64,000 nt of DNA from a virus. Shown in pieces: positions 19,319-27,610 of the stretch. The first letter of the stretch is position 1, and the number at the start of each line of letters is the position of its first letter. Location of the stretch: IMG/VR virus record IMGVR_UViG_3300027085_000001. The stretch is one strand, 5' to 3'. The position numbers and the translations under genes were made by a program. The notes beneath the pieces were generated by a model. That model searched no databases. It was not told the origin of the DNA and worked only from the letters and a program-made list of their open reading frames with translations.

Positions 19319-19894
19319 CTATGCTGGCATCGTATATCCCGAGAGTGTAGCTTCAAATTGTTTTGGCTTGATGCCAATATTCTTTACCTTGATTTGAAGC
19401 AAGGTAGCAGCTCCTGCTGAAGGTGGCTCTAGGAAACGAAGCATGATAGTTCTATTGCTGCCACTGTTGCGAACAAGCGCAATCGTCGAAGCAGCAATCT
19501 CAAAAGTAAATTCACCAGACTCATCTCCTCCGACAATACCGCCAGAGAATGTAAAGACTGAGCTGACTGGAACAACATATGAAACGAGTGTGAGTGTAGA
19601 ACCGGGAGTAACGAGGGCACTTCCAAAAACATTAACTTTTGTCTTCTGGAAATCTATTGCATCTCGTGTGATAACAGCATTGAATGAACCAATGATTTCA
19701 ACATCAACACGATTGTCAGAGTTCTGGTCTTTCAGTTCAACTGCACCAATGTTGATTTCGCCTGGGTCAATTGAAATGCTACCAGCAACAACATTGACAC
19801 GCCAAGCATCATCAGGATTATCGAAAGTCCGTTGGATGATTTGGCTCGGACTTACGTCCCGGTTTGGGTCTTGCCAGTCAGGGTTGCTTGTCAT
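19319..19894 (-). CDS. hypothetical structural protein (fibre-associated)
   Basis: 191 aa ORF directly downstream of late promoter copy 19923-19939. Confidence 0.3.
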   Translation of the reverse strand: MTSNPDWQDPNRDVSPSQIIQRTFDNPDDAWRVNVVAGSISIDPGEINIGAVELKDQNSDNRVDVEIIGSFNAVITRDAIDFQKTKVNVFGSALVTPGSTLTLVSYVVPVSSVFTFSGGIVGGDESGEFTFEIAASTIALVRNSGSNRTIMLRFLEPPSAGAATLLQIKVKNIGIKPKQFEATLSGYTMPA

Positions 19895-19922
19895 GTTCTA
19901 CATCTTCCTTTCGTCTCTACGA

Positions 19923-19939
19923 GCATTTAAAAATAATCA
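19923..19939 (-). promoter_or_regulatory. late promoter motif copy
   Basis: TGATTATTTTTAAATGC; 29 nt upstream of ORF 19319..19894; contains the stop codon of 19937..20296. Confidence 0.5.
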
Positions 19940-20296
19940 ACGCACTTCTGGGATTCCTCGCCCATTCATGAAGTCATGATTAAATCGCTCGAAGAGAGAA
20001 TCGGGAAGTGTAGTCGGCATTTCGCCCGTATCATTGATAGCAACTTCACTATCTTGATAGCGAGGTCGAATCTCATTCCAAAGAACTGTCGTACAAATCT
20101 CAAATCCATTCAAGACTGTACGCACATGAATGAGCACATCCTTCTCAGTCTTCTGAATGTGGTAGAACACGATAGAGGGTACTGTATGCTCTTCAACAAC
20201 CGGAAGAATGAACTTCTCCCAATCACTCGGTGAAATCGCTGCTGTCGGCATCTTTCTTCCTCTTCGTTCGTTTGATTGATTCTGCATTTTCTTCAA
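19937..20296 (-). CDS. hypothetical protein
   Basis: 119 aa ORF; stop codon embedded in late promoter motif. Confidence 0.3.
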   Translation of the reverse strand: MKKMQNQSNERRGRKMPTAAISPSDWEKFILPVVEEHTVPSIVFYHIQKTEKDVLIHVRTVLNGFEICTTVLWNEIRPRYQDSEVAINDTGEMPTTLPDSLFERFNHDFMNGRGIPEVR

Positions 20297-20540
20297 GTGC
20301 AGAAGGTGTTACAATCTCTTTGATTGTATGCTTCGGTGGAATATCGTTGAGTATGATTGCCTTCTCCATCTCTTCTTTCCCCTTCACTTCAATGATGGTG
20401 TCGGTCTCCAAGAAATGACGAATCTCGTAGTCATCTTCATCAACTTCTGACCATTCATCTTTCTTGATGATTGCTCCAGCAATGGTCGTCACGAACTTAT
20501 TCGGATACTTGTCTCGTAATTTAACTTCAATCTTTCCCAT
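20223..20540 (-). CDS. hypothetical protein
   Basis: 105 aa Lys/Glu-rich ORF. Confidence 0.3.
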   Translation of the reverse strand: MGKIEVKLRDKYPNKFVTTIAGAIIKKDEWSEVDEDDYEIRHFLETDTIIEVKGKEEMEKAIILNDIPPKHTIKEIVTPSALEENAESIKRTKRKKDADSSDFTE

Positions 20541-20555
20541 GGTGTTTCACCTTCG

Positions 20556-20595
20556 GTCTAACTAAAAAATAAAAAATGGTGGGATTGCTCCCACC
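20556..20595 (-). terminator. intrinsic terminator after decoration-like gene (7-bp hairpin GGTGGGA-gcaa-TCCCACC then ATTTTTTATTTTTT)
   Basis: read directly. Confidence 0.55.
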
Positions 20596-20605
20596 GAATA
20601 TGCAC

Positions 20606-20962
20606 TTAAGCTACCTTCCAGTAGACTTTCAATGCACCAGGTGCAGCAAGGACCTTGCTCTCAGCTGCAGTTGCAACTGGAGCTCCAGTTCCAAGCGCCT
20701 GTAGGCTCTGTCCGCCGGTCGCAACTTCAAGCACGTCGCCGAAGTTGTAAGTTGCAGCAACAGCAGTAAGAGACATGAGTCCCTCCTTGATGACGCCGAC
20801 TTTGTTTCGACCAGGGTTTGCAAAGATTGCGTTGCTCTCAGCAACACCAATCTCAGTGCCCGGTGCAGTGTTTGCGATAACTCCGCCAGTGCCATCCTGC
20901 ATCAGGATTGCCTTTGAGGCGATGTCTGCTCCCGCGTTTGCGGTAATGGTAAAGCTCTTCAT
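20606..20962 (-). CDS. small structural protein, candidate capsid decoration protein
   Basis: 118 aa Ala/Gly-rich ORF immediately after the major capsid protein gene and bracketed by two intrinsic terminators, which suggests high expression. Confidence 0.35.
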   Translation of the reverse strand: MKSFTITANAGADIASKAILMQDGTGGVIANTAPGTEIGVAESNAIFANPGRNKVGVIKEGLMSLTAVAATYNFGDVLEVATGGQSLQALGTGAPVATAAESKVLAAPGALKVYWKVA

Positions 20963-21020
20963 TTTGGTTTCCTCCGTAGTTCGTCTATCCCTAACGGTGT
21001 GACCTTCTACGACTTACTGT

Positions 21021-21062
21021 TTTGAAATAATTAAAAAAAATAAAAAATTTGAAGCTAACTGC
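21021..21062 (-). terminator. T-tract terminator after major capsid protein gene (AAATTTTTTATTTTTTTT); weak hairpin
   Basis: same T6AT6-type tract as the other three terminators. Confidence 0.4.
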
Positions 21063-22076
21063 TTATACAGTTATCTTGCTGATTGCTTGCGGGTAGATGA
21101 CTGCAAGTACGTAGCTCATCAGAGCAACAACTTCACGGTCATACGGGTCGCCAGGCAATGCACCTTCGAAGGTCTCAAGCTCGCTCTCTCGAACAAGCAT
21201 CGCTGCCTTCTTGTGGTCAAGGACCAAGCCAAGGGATGCAGTCAGGAAAGGAGTAACGACGATGTCCATCGCGTTAAACTTCATAACTGGCATGTTGACG
21301 GTCACGTCACCAGGTCGAGCAGTTGCAAAGAACACGTGGCTCTTCCAGTCTGTGCTCTTAGCAAGAGTTCCCCAAGCCGCAGGGCTCAGTACAAGGTGGC
21401 TGCATAGGAATCCATACGGAGTTCCGTTGCCGTAGGTTGCGCCTTCAACCTGAACCTGAGCATCAATCACCTTATCGTAGGTAATTCCGCCAGGCTGGGA
21501 GAAGAATGCACCAGCTGCAAGGCCGTTCAGGATATCTGAAGCGAGCTTTCTGGTAACTGCATCAGCTGCGTTCTGAAGAACGAAGCGAACGAAGTCGTCC
21601 ATACCTCTCTTCATGATTTCCCAAGTAATCTTGGTTCCAACAACAACCTTCCTCGGAGTCACAGTGATGCTGTCAACGCCTTCATCGAAGTAGCTAACAA
21701 CTGCACCTTCTGCAACTTCAACTGCGATAGTTGGCTGAAGTCGTGGGATTTGGTATGCACCAAAGCCGCCCTTGTCCTTGAGGTCGTCATTCACATAGAC
21801 GAGGTCAAGGATGTTCTTGATGTTCTCAATTGCAGCACTGTAAAGTGTGCTTGAGAGCATTGTGGTAAATGCACCACTCGCTGTACTCAATGTGACGTCC
21901 TCTTTGAACTTCACACCGTGTGCTTCCGCAAGGCGAACCCCTTGGATAGCCCACTGCTCTCCAGATTTTGATTTCTTCTGGAGAGATTCACATAGCGTCT
22001 TTCCGACTGCTTCAGTCAGAGCGATGCCATGAGACGAGGTCTTCGCCTCTGCAATCTTCTGTACTTTGTATTTCAT
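21063..22076 (-). CDS. major capsid protein, HK97 fold
   Basis: 337 aa; follows protease and scaffold genes; size and spacing of Gly/Pro-containing segments typical of HK97-like MCPs; followed by terminator. Confidence 0.7.
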   Translation of the reverse strand: MKYKVQKIAEAKTSSHGIALTEAVGKTLCESLQKKSKSGEQWAIQGVRLAEAHGVKFKEDVTLSTASGAFTTMLSSTLYSAAIENIKNILDLVYVNDDLKDKGGFGAYQIPRLQPTIAVEVAEGAVVSYFDEGVDSITVTPRKVVVGTKITWEIMKRGMDDFVRFVLQNAADAVTRKLASDILNGLAAGAFFSQPGGITYDKVIDAQVQVEGATYGNGTPYGFLCSHLVLSPAAWGTLAKSTDWKSHVFFATARPGDVTVNMPVMKFNAMDIVVTPFLTASLGLVLDHKKAAMLVRESELETFEGALPGDPYDREVVALMSYVLAVIYPQAISKITV

Positions 22077-22088
22077 TGTGTTCCCTCC

Positions 22089-22793
22089 TTATCCGCGTAT
22101 GAGGCGTGCCAGTGTGGCATTCGCCTTCGATTTCTCAGCGACGTCGGCTACCGACTCAGTGAATGCGCCCCTAAGTATTGCACTCTCAGTACGCGGTCCA
22201 ATCGGTTCTTCGTCTTTATGAGCTTCATTGACAGGTTTCATCGGTTCTGCAGCAGGTGCAGCAGCCGGAGCTTCGTCGCCATCAGGTTCAGCATGAGCAG
22301 CAGGGGAAAGAGCTTCAAGTCGCTTCTCCATTGCTTCCATCTTGCACCTGAGTGCTTCAACAACGTCAACCAACTTGTGCATGTCATCTTCCGCTTCGCG
22401 GAACTTCTCTGCATAGTCTGGCTTGTCGTCTTCGTCTGCATCATCAGATTCCTTCTGAATAGCTTTGTCGTTCTGTGAAGCATCTGGCTTCATAGGAGTG
22501 CCATCAGCAGGTAAGCTGTTGCTGCTAGTCGGTGTCGCCTGTACATCTTTGTGTTCCTGATTTTCAGCTTCCTTCTGAATACCCTTGTTGTCCTGAGACG
22601 TGGTATCAGATGGCATAGCGCTCACAGGAGCAGCAGAGACATCTATCTTCGCAGGTGCTTGGCTATCTTTGTCAAGGTCACCCTCTTTGTATCTATTTTT
22701 CTTCGTCATATTCTCTTCCTCCAAGTAGTGCTGACTCGAGAGTCGCCCGTGCTCTCGGAGAATCGTGGTCAGTTTTTCTTTTACGTTCTCCAT
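22089..22793 (-). CDS. scaffolding protein
   Basis: 234 aa highly charged, predicted coiled-coil protein between protease and MCP genes. Confidence 0.45.
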   Translation of the reverse strand: MENVKEKLTTILREHGRLSSQHYLEEENMTKKNRYKEGDLDKDSQAPAKIDVSAAPVSAMPSDTTSQDNKGIQKEAENQEHKDVQATPTSSNSLPADGTPMKPDASQNDKAIQKESDDADEDDKPDYAEKFREAEDDMHKLVDVVEALRCKMEAMEKRLEALSPAAHAEPDGDEAPAAAPAAEPMKPVNEAHKDEEPIGPRTESAILRGAFTESVADVAEKSKANATLARLIRG

Positions 22794-23644
22794 TGTCCTT
22801 CCTCCGTTATTATTTTTACGACCTCAGCTTCGCCGAGCGTATTGATGAACATCTCTGCCAAACTCTCAGGCTCAACGGTAGCGAGCTTCGTGTAGTATTC
22901 CCTATCTTCTGAGAGATGGTCGAGCACAATTCGTGCTGCGGCGATTGGGTCATCAGTATGCTCAGTTTCAACCACAAGCCCCTTCTGGAACTGGTCCATA
23001 GGGAATTGAGCCGCAACTGCTGGGTCCTCTTCACCAAGCTTCTCATCTTCGGGAAGCTTTGCCGGAGCGACTGCTCCACCTGCAGTTCCAAGAGTCATAT
23101 CTTCAGACGTCTTGAATGCTTCTGCAAATTGAGCAGTGGTATCTAAGAATCCAGGAGCAGGAACAATTGAGCCTTCAATGATGTCACTGACGAACGCTTC
23201 AGTGAATGAGCGTCCATTCTGTGGGTCATATCGTTCTTCAACACGACCGCCAATCAATTGAATGCTGACGTGACGAAGGTCACCCCGTTGAAGTTTGCGA
23301 ATCAAGTCTCGCTCTTCAGGGTCGACATCGGCAGTATAGTACCAGCCATCATCTTTGCACTCACTCTCAATGAAGTGTCCTTTTGGAAGAGCAAGGTCTT
23401 CAACCTTGTGATTGTACATGAGTGGTCGGCCGATGAGGTCTTTGTGCTTCTCTCGTACGCTGCCTTCATTATAAAGGACGTTGTTTCGAGAGACTTTTCC
23501 GAATGGAAGCATCATACCCTTGAGAATGAATTTCTTCACTCCGGTCTGAGCATCAACTTGCTCGCGGAATGTGAAAGCTCCAGCGGACGGCACCCACACT
23601 TCTTTATGGATGGTTCTAGTCCTAAGTTCTGCCATACGTATCAC
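22781..23644 (-). CDS. prohead maturation protease (HK97 gp4/U35-like)
   Basis: 287 aa; region KKFILKGMMLPFGKVSRNNVLYNEGSVREKHKDLIGRPLMYNHKVEDLALPKGHFIE resembles U35 protease core; position upstream of scaffold and MCP; probable true start MAELRT near 23635. Confidence 0.5.
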   Translation of the reverse strand: MIRMAELRTRTIHKEVWVPSAGAFTFREQVDAQTGVKKFILKGMMLPFGKVSRNNVLYNEGSVREKHKDLIGRPLMYNHKVEDLALPKGHFIESECKDDGWYYTADVDPEERDLIRKLQRGDLRHVSIQLIGGRVEERYDPQNGRSFTEAFVSDIIEGSIVPAPGFLDTTAQFAEAFKTSEDMTLGTAGGAVAPAKLPEDEKLGEEDPAVAAQFPMDQFQKGLVVETEHTDDPIAAARIVLDHLSEDREYYTKLATVEPESLAEMFINTLGEAEVVKIITEEGQWRT

Positions 23645-24192
23645 CTGTCAGTCTGATTATTTAAAAATAATCTATGTATACACTCTACATGTCTATTCAG
23701 TAGGTAGCTCGCAACGATTGCTTTTGCATCCTCATTGGACATTTGCATGTCCATCACAAGGAAGTGAATCATGCTAAGCATGTCTCGTTTGCCTCCCTTG
23801 CGGAGCAAATCAAGTGCTGAGTAGTAGAATGGGAGGTCTTTCTCAAGATTGAGTGGGATGTCGATTTTCTCATCAGCCAACTCATTGATATCAGAAAGTG
23901 CCTCTCTGAGCCGCTGCCGGGAATCCCATGGCAGACTTGAAGGGGTGCTGTTGACGAGTGTTTGAAGCTCGTCTTTGAGGCGGTCGAAGTCGTGACGACC
24001 GACAACGAACTCAGAGAGGACGGAGAGCTTTGCTTTCAAGAGAGCTGAGGACGTCGCCTCTTTCTGGTTGGGCCAGTTGCCGGTTATCTTCTTATGAATG
24101 ACAGCACAATATGCCTGCGGATTGCTCTTATCGCCATTATGCTTGACGCAATCGTCGAAGTCTTTGTAGTTTCCGAATGGCATATGTTTCAC
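23641..24192 (-). CDS. hypothetical head-module protein
   Basis: 183 aa ORF; its last codons (FLNNQTDR*) encode the late promoter motif of the protease gene. Confidence 0.3.
   Translation of the reverse strand: MKHMPFGNYKDFDDCVKHNGDKSNPQAYCAVIHKKITGNWPNQKEATSSALLKAKLSVLSEFVVGRHDFDRLKDELQTLVNSTPSSLPWDSRQRLREALSDINELADEKIDIPLNLEKDLPFYYSALDLLRKGGKRDMLSMIHFLVMDMQMSNEDAKAIVASYLLNRHVECIHRLFLNNQTDR
23655..23673 (-). promoter_or_regulatory. late promoter motif copy lying inside the last codons of the upstream gene
   Basis: GATTATTTTTAAATAATCA; about 20 nt upstream of the protease ATG. Confidence 0.5.
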
Positions 24193-24549
24193 CTAATAAT
24201 TTCCTGCATTGATGAGAAGAAATTCTCCATCAACAACAACTGATTTGTTCTCAGCTGCAATTCCAATAGGACGTGAACTATCAGCTATGATGAACCCATC
24301 AGAAAGACGATATGAAATAACAGCTCCCTCTATGTAGTTTCCTGTTTCTGCAGGAACTCGCACAAGACCTTCTTTTGCAACGGGAACTGGTTGTCCTGCC
24401 TTCACTGAAGCATATGCCCATCCAATAAGAATGCCGTTGGGTGAAACAATATATGGATATACACCCTCAGCCAGAGGAGACCTATCAGTGATGTCTTGTG
24501 CTGCTATGAGTGTTATCATTCGTACCATGTAGTTCACATCGCAATCCAT
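24193..24549 (-). CDS. hypothetical protein
   Basis: 118 aa ORF. Confidence 0.3.
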   Translation of the reverse strand: MDCDVNYMVRMITLIAAQDITDRSPLAEGVYPYIVSPNGILIGWAYASVKAGQPVPVAKEGLVRVPAETGNYIEGAVISYRLSDGFIIADSSRPIGIAAENKSVVVDGEFLLINAGNY

Positions 24550-25982
24550 GCAGTTCCATTCCAGAAGTAGATGAGTTTTGAACCACTATCGTAGTATATC
24601 TCACCTTCGGTCTCTGTTCCTGGATGAGGAGCAGTAGCGAGAGGATTCAGTTTGAGTACATCGTAGATGGTTGTCATCTTCTCATCAGCATTTGAGCGAA
24701 TGAGTGGAACACTGTTCGTCCCAATCTTTACTTCATTTGAAGCATTGCTCGACATACCATTGCCAAGACAGAGTGCCTGTGGTTGTTGAGCAGAAGCTCC
24801 GCTACCGATAGCGATGCAAAAGTTGTCGCCTGATGATGCACTGTGTCCGATGGCAATACTATCAGGCCCGCCTGTATTAGCCGAAGTACCAATTGAGACT
24901 GTATCTGGTGAATCAGTTGTTGTAAGATTTCCAATGCATACAGCGCTTAGTCCGCCAGCATTTGCATCAGGACCAATTGCAACACCATTTGCATTAGAAG
25001 CAGAAGAAGCACTTCCGATGGCAATACTGTTTGAACCGCCAGCAGCAGCATTCACACTGATTGCAACAGTTGCAGTATCACCTGCAGTAGCATTCGTACC
25101 AATCGCAATTGCACTCGTAGCAGAAGCATTAGCAGCATCTCCGATGCCGACTGAACTTGCTGCCGAGCCAGTTCCTTGTGTGCCGATACCAATACTATTT
25201 GAACCAGAAGCTACAGATGAAAGTCCTACAGCAAGTGAATTGCCACCAGTCGCAGCAGCTAAGTTTCCAATAGCGATGTCAGCTGTACTTGGAGCAGTAG
25301 TTCCAGCGCCGATTCCGATAGCGTTATCTCCGGCAATACTTGAAGCATTTCCAATGCTGATACCATTCTGAGCAAGTGCTTCTCCACGTCCAGCAGCAAA
25401 ACTGTCATCTCCGGTAGCAGTAGTTCCATACCCAAATGCAGCAGCCTGTGCTCCGAATGAGTTAGCAGTTGCACCAACCGATGTCGAATTTACTCCTGGA
25501 GCATTCGCTTGATGCCCGATGGCAACTGCTTCGGCTCCAACAGCAGCAAGTGCTTGTCTTCCAACACTTGTAGAATTAGTACCAACTGCTTTCGCATTCT
25601 GTCCGATAGCAACAGAACCAGCACCAGTGAAGCCAGCAGTCAAGTTACCAATGGGAATCGCAGTTGCAGTCGTCTTGAATGCAGTCCATACGGGGTCTGT
25701 CTCAGCACCGCCGCCACCGGCGCCAGTGCCATCAGTATCATAGATGACGTACAAATCTGTATCGTCTTTCAACTCATTGAGCTCTCCTCGGACGAGAATC
25801 TGCCCAAGAGAGACAGTAGCATAGAACTCCATCTGACCTCTATTGTCAGTGAGGTTATCTCGCTCAGCAGGAGTGACAACTGCTTTTCCTGCAGCTGTGA
25901 TTGCTGCATCAGTGATTGTGTATGATGGTTCAACGCCAGGCGGGCTGTGCGGAACAGTTATCTTGATTGATTTTAGTACCAT
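24534..25982 (-). CDS. Hep_Hag/YadA-head-like repeat fibre protein
   Basis: 482 aa; more than 15 degenerate copies of the about 14-residue NS.AIG..A.A repeat; C-terminal GEIYYDSGSKLIYFWNGTAW motif common at phage fibre C-termini. Confidence 0.55.
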   Translation of the reverse strand: MVLKSIKITVPHSPPGVEPSYTITDAAITAAGKAVVTPAERDNLTDNRGQMEFYATVSLGQILVRGELNELKDDTDLYVIYDTDGTGAGGGGAETDPVWTAFKTTATAIPIGNLTAGFTGAGSVAIGQNAKAVGTNSTSVGRQALAAVGAEAVAIGHQANAPGVNSTSVGATANSFGAQAAAFGYGTTATGDDSFAAGRGEALAQNGISIGNASSIAGDNAIGIGAGTTAPSTADIAIGNLAAATGGNSLAVGLSSVASGSNSIGIGTQGTGSAASSVGIGDAANASATSAIAIGTNATAGDTATVAISVNAAAGGSNSIAIGSASSASNANGVAIGPDANAGGLSAVCIGNLTTTDSPDTVSIGTSANTGGPDSIAIGHSASSGDNFCIAIGSGASAQQPQALCLGNGMSSNASNEVKIGTNSVPLIRSNADEKMTTIYDVLKLNPLATAPHPGTETEGEIYYDSGSKLIYFWNGTAWIAM

Positions 25983-25987
25983 TGTGT

Positions 25988-26197
25988 TTACCTCTTTATT
26001 TTGAGAACATACTGGGCCAAGCGTCGTACTTGGTCTACGTTCATGACTGCTACTTTCTTCTTCTCAGTTCCGAGAGAAAGCAGAATAGCAGTTGCAATCT
26101 TATGAGCTTGTTTCAACTCATGCGGTTCAAGTGAGAGCGTCTTGCGGTCACTGAACTCGCCTTCTTTGTTTCGGCCTTGCCAGAATTTGAGATTCAT
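25988..26197 (-). CDS. small hypothetical protein
   Basis: 69 aa ORF. Confidence 0.25.
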   Translation of the reverse strand: MNLKFWQGRNKEGEFSDRKTLSLEPHELKQAHKIATAILLSLGTEKKKVAVMNVDQVRRLAQYVLKIKR

Positions 26198-27600
26198 TAG
26201 TATCCCCCCATCTTCATACCGAAGTCCTGCATGAGGATTTCAACTTCGCTATGGTAGTTCTCATTCTCCAGTTCTTTCAAATCTTTCGAAGTGAGTTGTG
26301 GAAGAAGTGGTTTGATTGCGGCTTTGAATTCGCTGCGCATTGGTTCTTTGAGCAAGTCAGCGCCAGTGTTAGATTTGTGTTTAGTCAAAATGCTATCTCC
26401 GAGCTCCATCACTCGTGATGCTCCACTCTCTTTCAGTGACTCTTCACCGACAGGTTGGTAGACATCAAGCTTGCCAACTTTAAATCCGCCCTTCTTGACA
26501 TCTTCTGGTCGCAAAGGGATGACGAAGTCATTTCCTGCGCCTAGCTGTACTGCGAGATTCGCTCGTGTTGCTGTCTTGAAATCACTGTACTCGTGGGGGT
26601 CGTACACCTTGCGCTTAATATCTGCAAGAACGAATGGTCCTTTATCGTCAGAGCCCTTTGCTTCCAGAAGTTTCTCAACTCGCTTGTGAACAGATTCCCA
26701 ATTCACTCCTCGCTTGAGGAGCTCATCACGAACCATCTGCAATTGTGTGCTTGTGATTTTACCATAACCAGTCTTCTCTAGAGAAATCAGAAATTCATTC
26801 GACTTGCCTTTGATGTATTGCTCCCAGTCAGTTGGACTGAGTGTCTTTGCATCAACGGTTGATTCAAGGAATGCCTCTTTGATGCCAGCTGCTTCATGCA
26901 GCTTCTTGATTCGCTCATGCAACTTCTCTTCACCAGTCATGACCTTCTTCACATCATGCTTCTTGAGGAGAGCATCGTATTGCTTCGTCCACTCCTCTGG
27001 CAAATCTGGGTCATCATCTTCTGGGTCAATCTTGTACTTCTTGTTAAGAGCATCAACATCCTTCTGGAAGTTCTTGACGCGTTGAGCTTCAGGAATAGCG
27101 GATTTCGGTTCTTCTTTTTTCGGCTCTTCTTTCTTTGGAGCAGGAGCAGTGCTGCCTGAATCTTTCGTATCATAGTACATGCCTCCATGAGGGCCTCTCT
27201 TTACAGCAGCACCCTTTGGAGCATCCTTCGCATCAGAGATGTACTTGCGTCCCTCTTCGTATTCGTCTGTGCCTTGCACAACAGCAGAAGGACCTTCAGG
27301 AGATTTATCAGTAACAGGAGGCATCACAGTCTGCTCACCAGCAGCAGCCTCGGCCCAGGCTTTCTTGCCCGTCTTCACACCGAGTGCTTCAGTGAGCTTC
27401 TCAATACGAGAGTGAGCTGATTCAGAAACTTTATAGACGTGATGTTGTTCACCAGAATGAATGACCCAGTAGCCATCCTTTGTAGCATAGCTGTCATTCC
27501 ATTTGCCGTTCTTATCTTCTGTCTCTGTGCCAATGTACTTGGCTGTTCCGGCAACAGTTCCTATCTCTGGCTTCACGCCGGGTAATTTTTGTAGTGTCAT
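26197..27600 (-). CDS. large charged hypothetical head-module protein
   Basis: 467 aa Lys/Glu/Asp-rich with KKEEPKKEEPK low-complexity segment; no recognisable catalytic motif. Confidence 0.35.
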   Translation of the reverse strand: MTLQKLPGVKPEIGTVAGTAKYIGTETEDKNGKWNDSYATKDGYWVIHSGEQHHVYKVSESAHSRIEKLTEALGVKTGKKAWAEAAAGEQTVMPPVTDKSPEGPSAVVQGTDEYEEGRKYISDAKDAPKGAAVKRGPHGGMYYDTKDSGSTAPAPKKEEPKKEEPKSAIPEAQRVKNFQKDVDALNKKYKIDPEDDDPDLPEEWTKQYDALLKKHDVKKVMTGEEKLHERIKKLHEAAGIKEAFLESTVDAKTLSPTDWEQYIKGKSNEFLISLEKTGYGKITSTQLQMVRDELLKRGVNWESVHKRVEKLLEAKGSDDKGPFVLADIKRKVYDPHEYSDFKTATRANLAVQLGAGNDFVIPLRPEDVKKGGFKVGKLDVYQPVGEESLKESGASRVMELGDSILTKHKSNTGADLLKEPMRSEFKAAIKPLLPQLTSKDLKELENENYHSEVEILMQDFGMKMGGY

Positions 27601-27610
27601 GTGTATTCAC

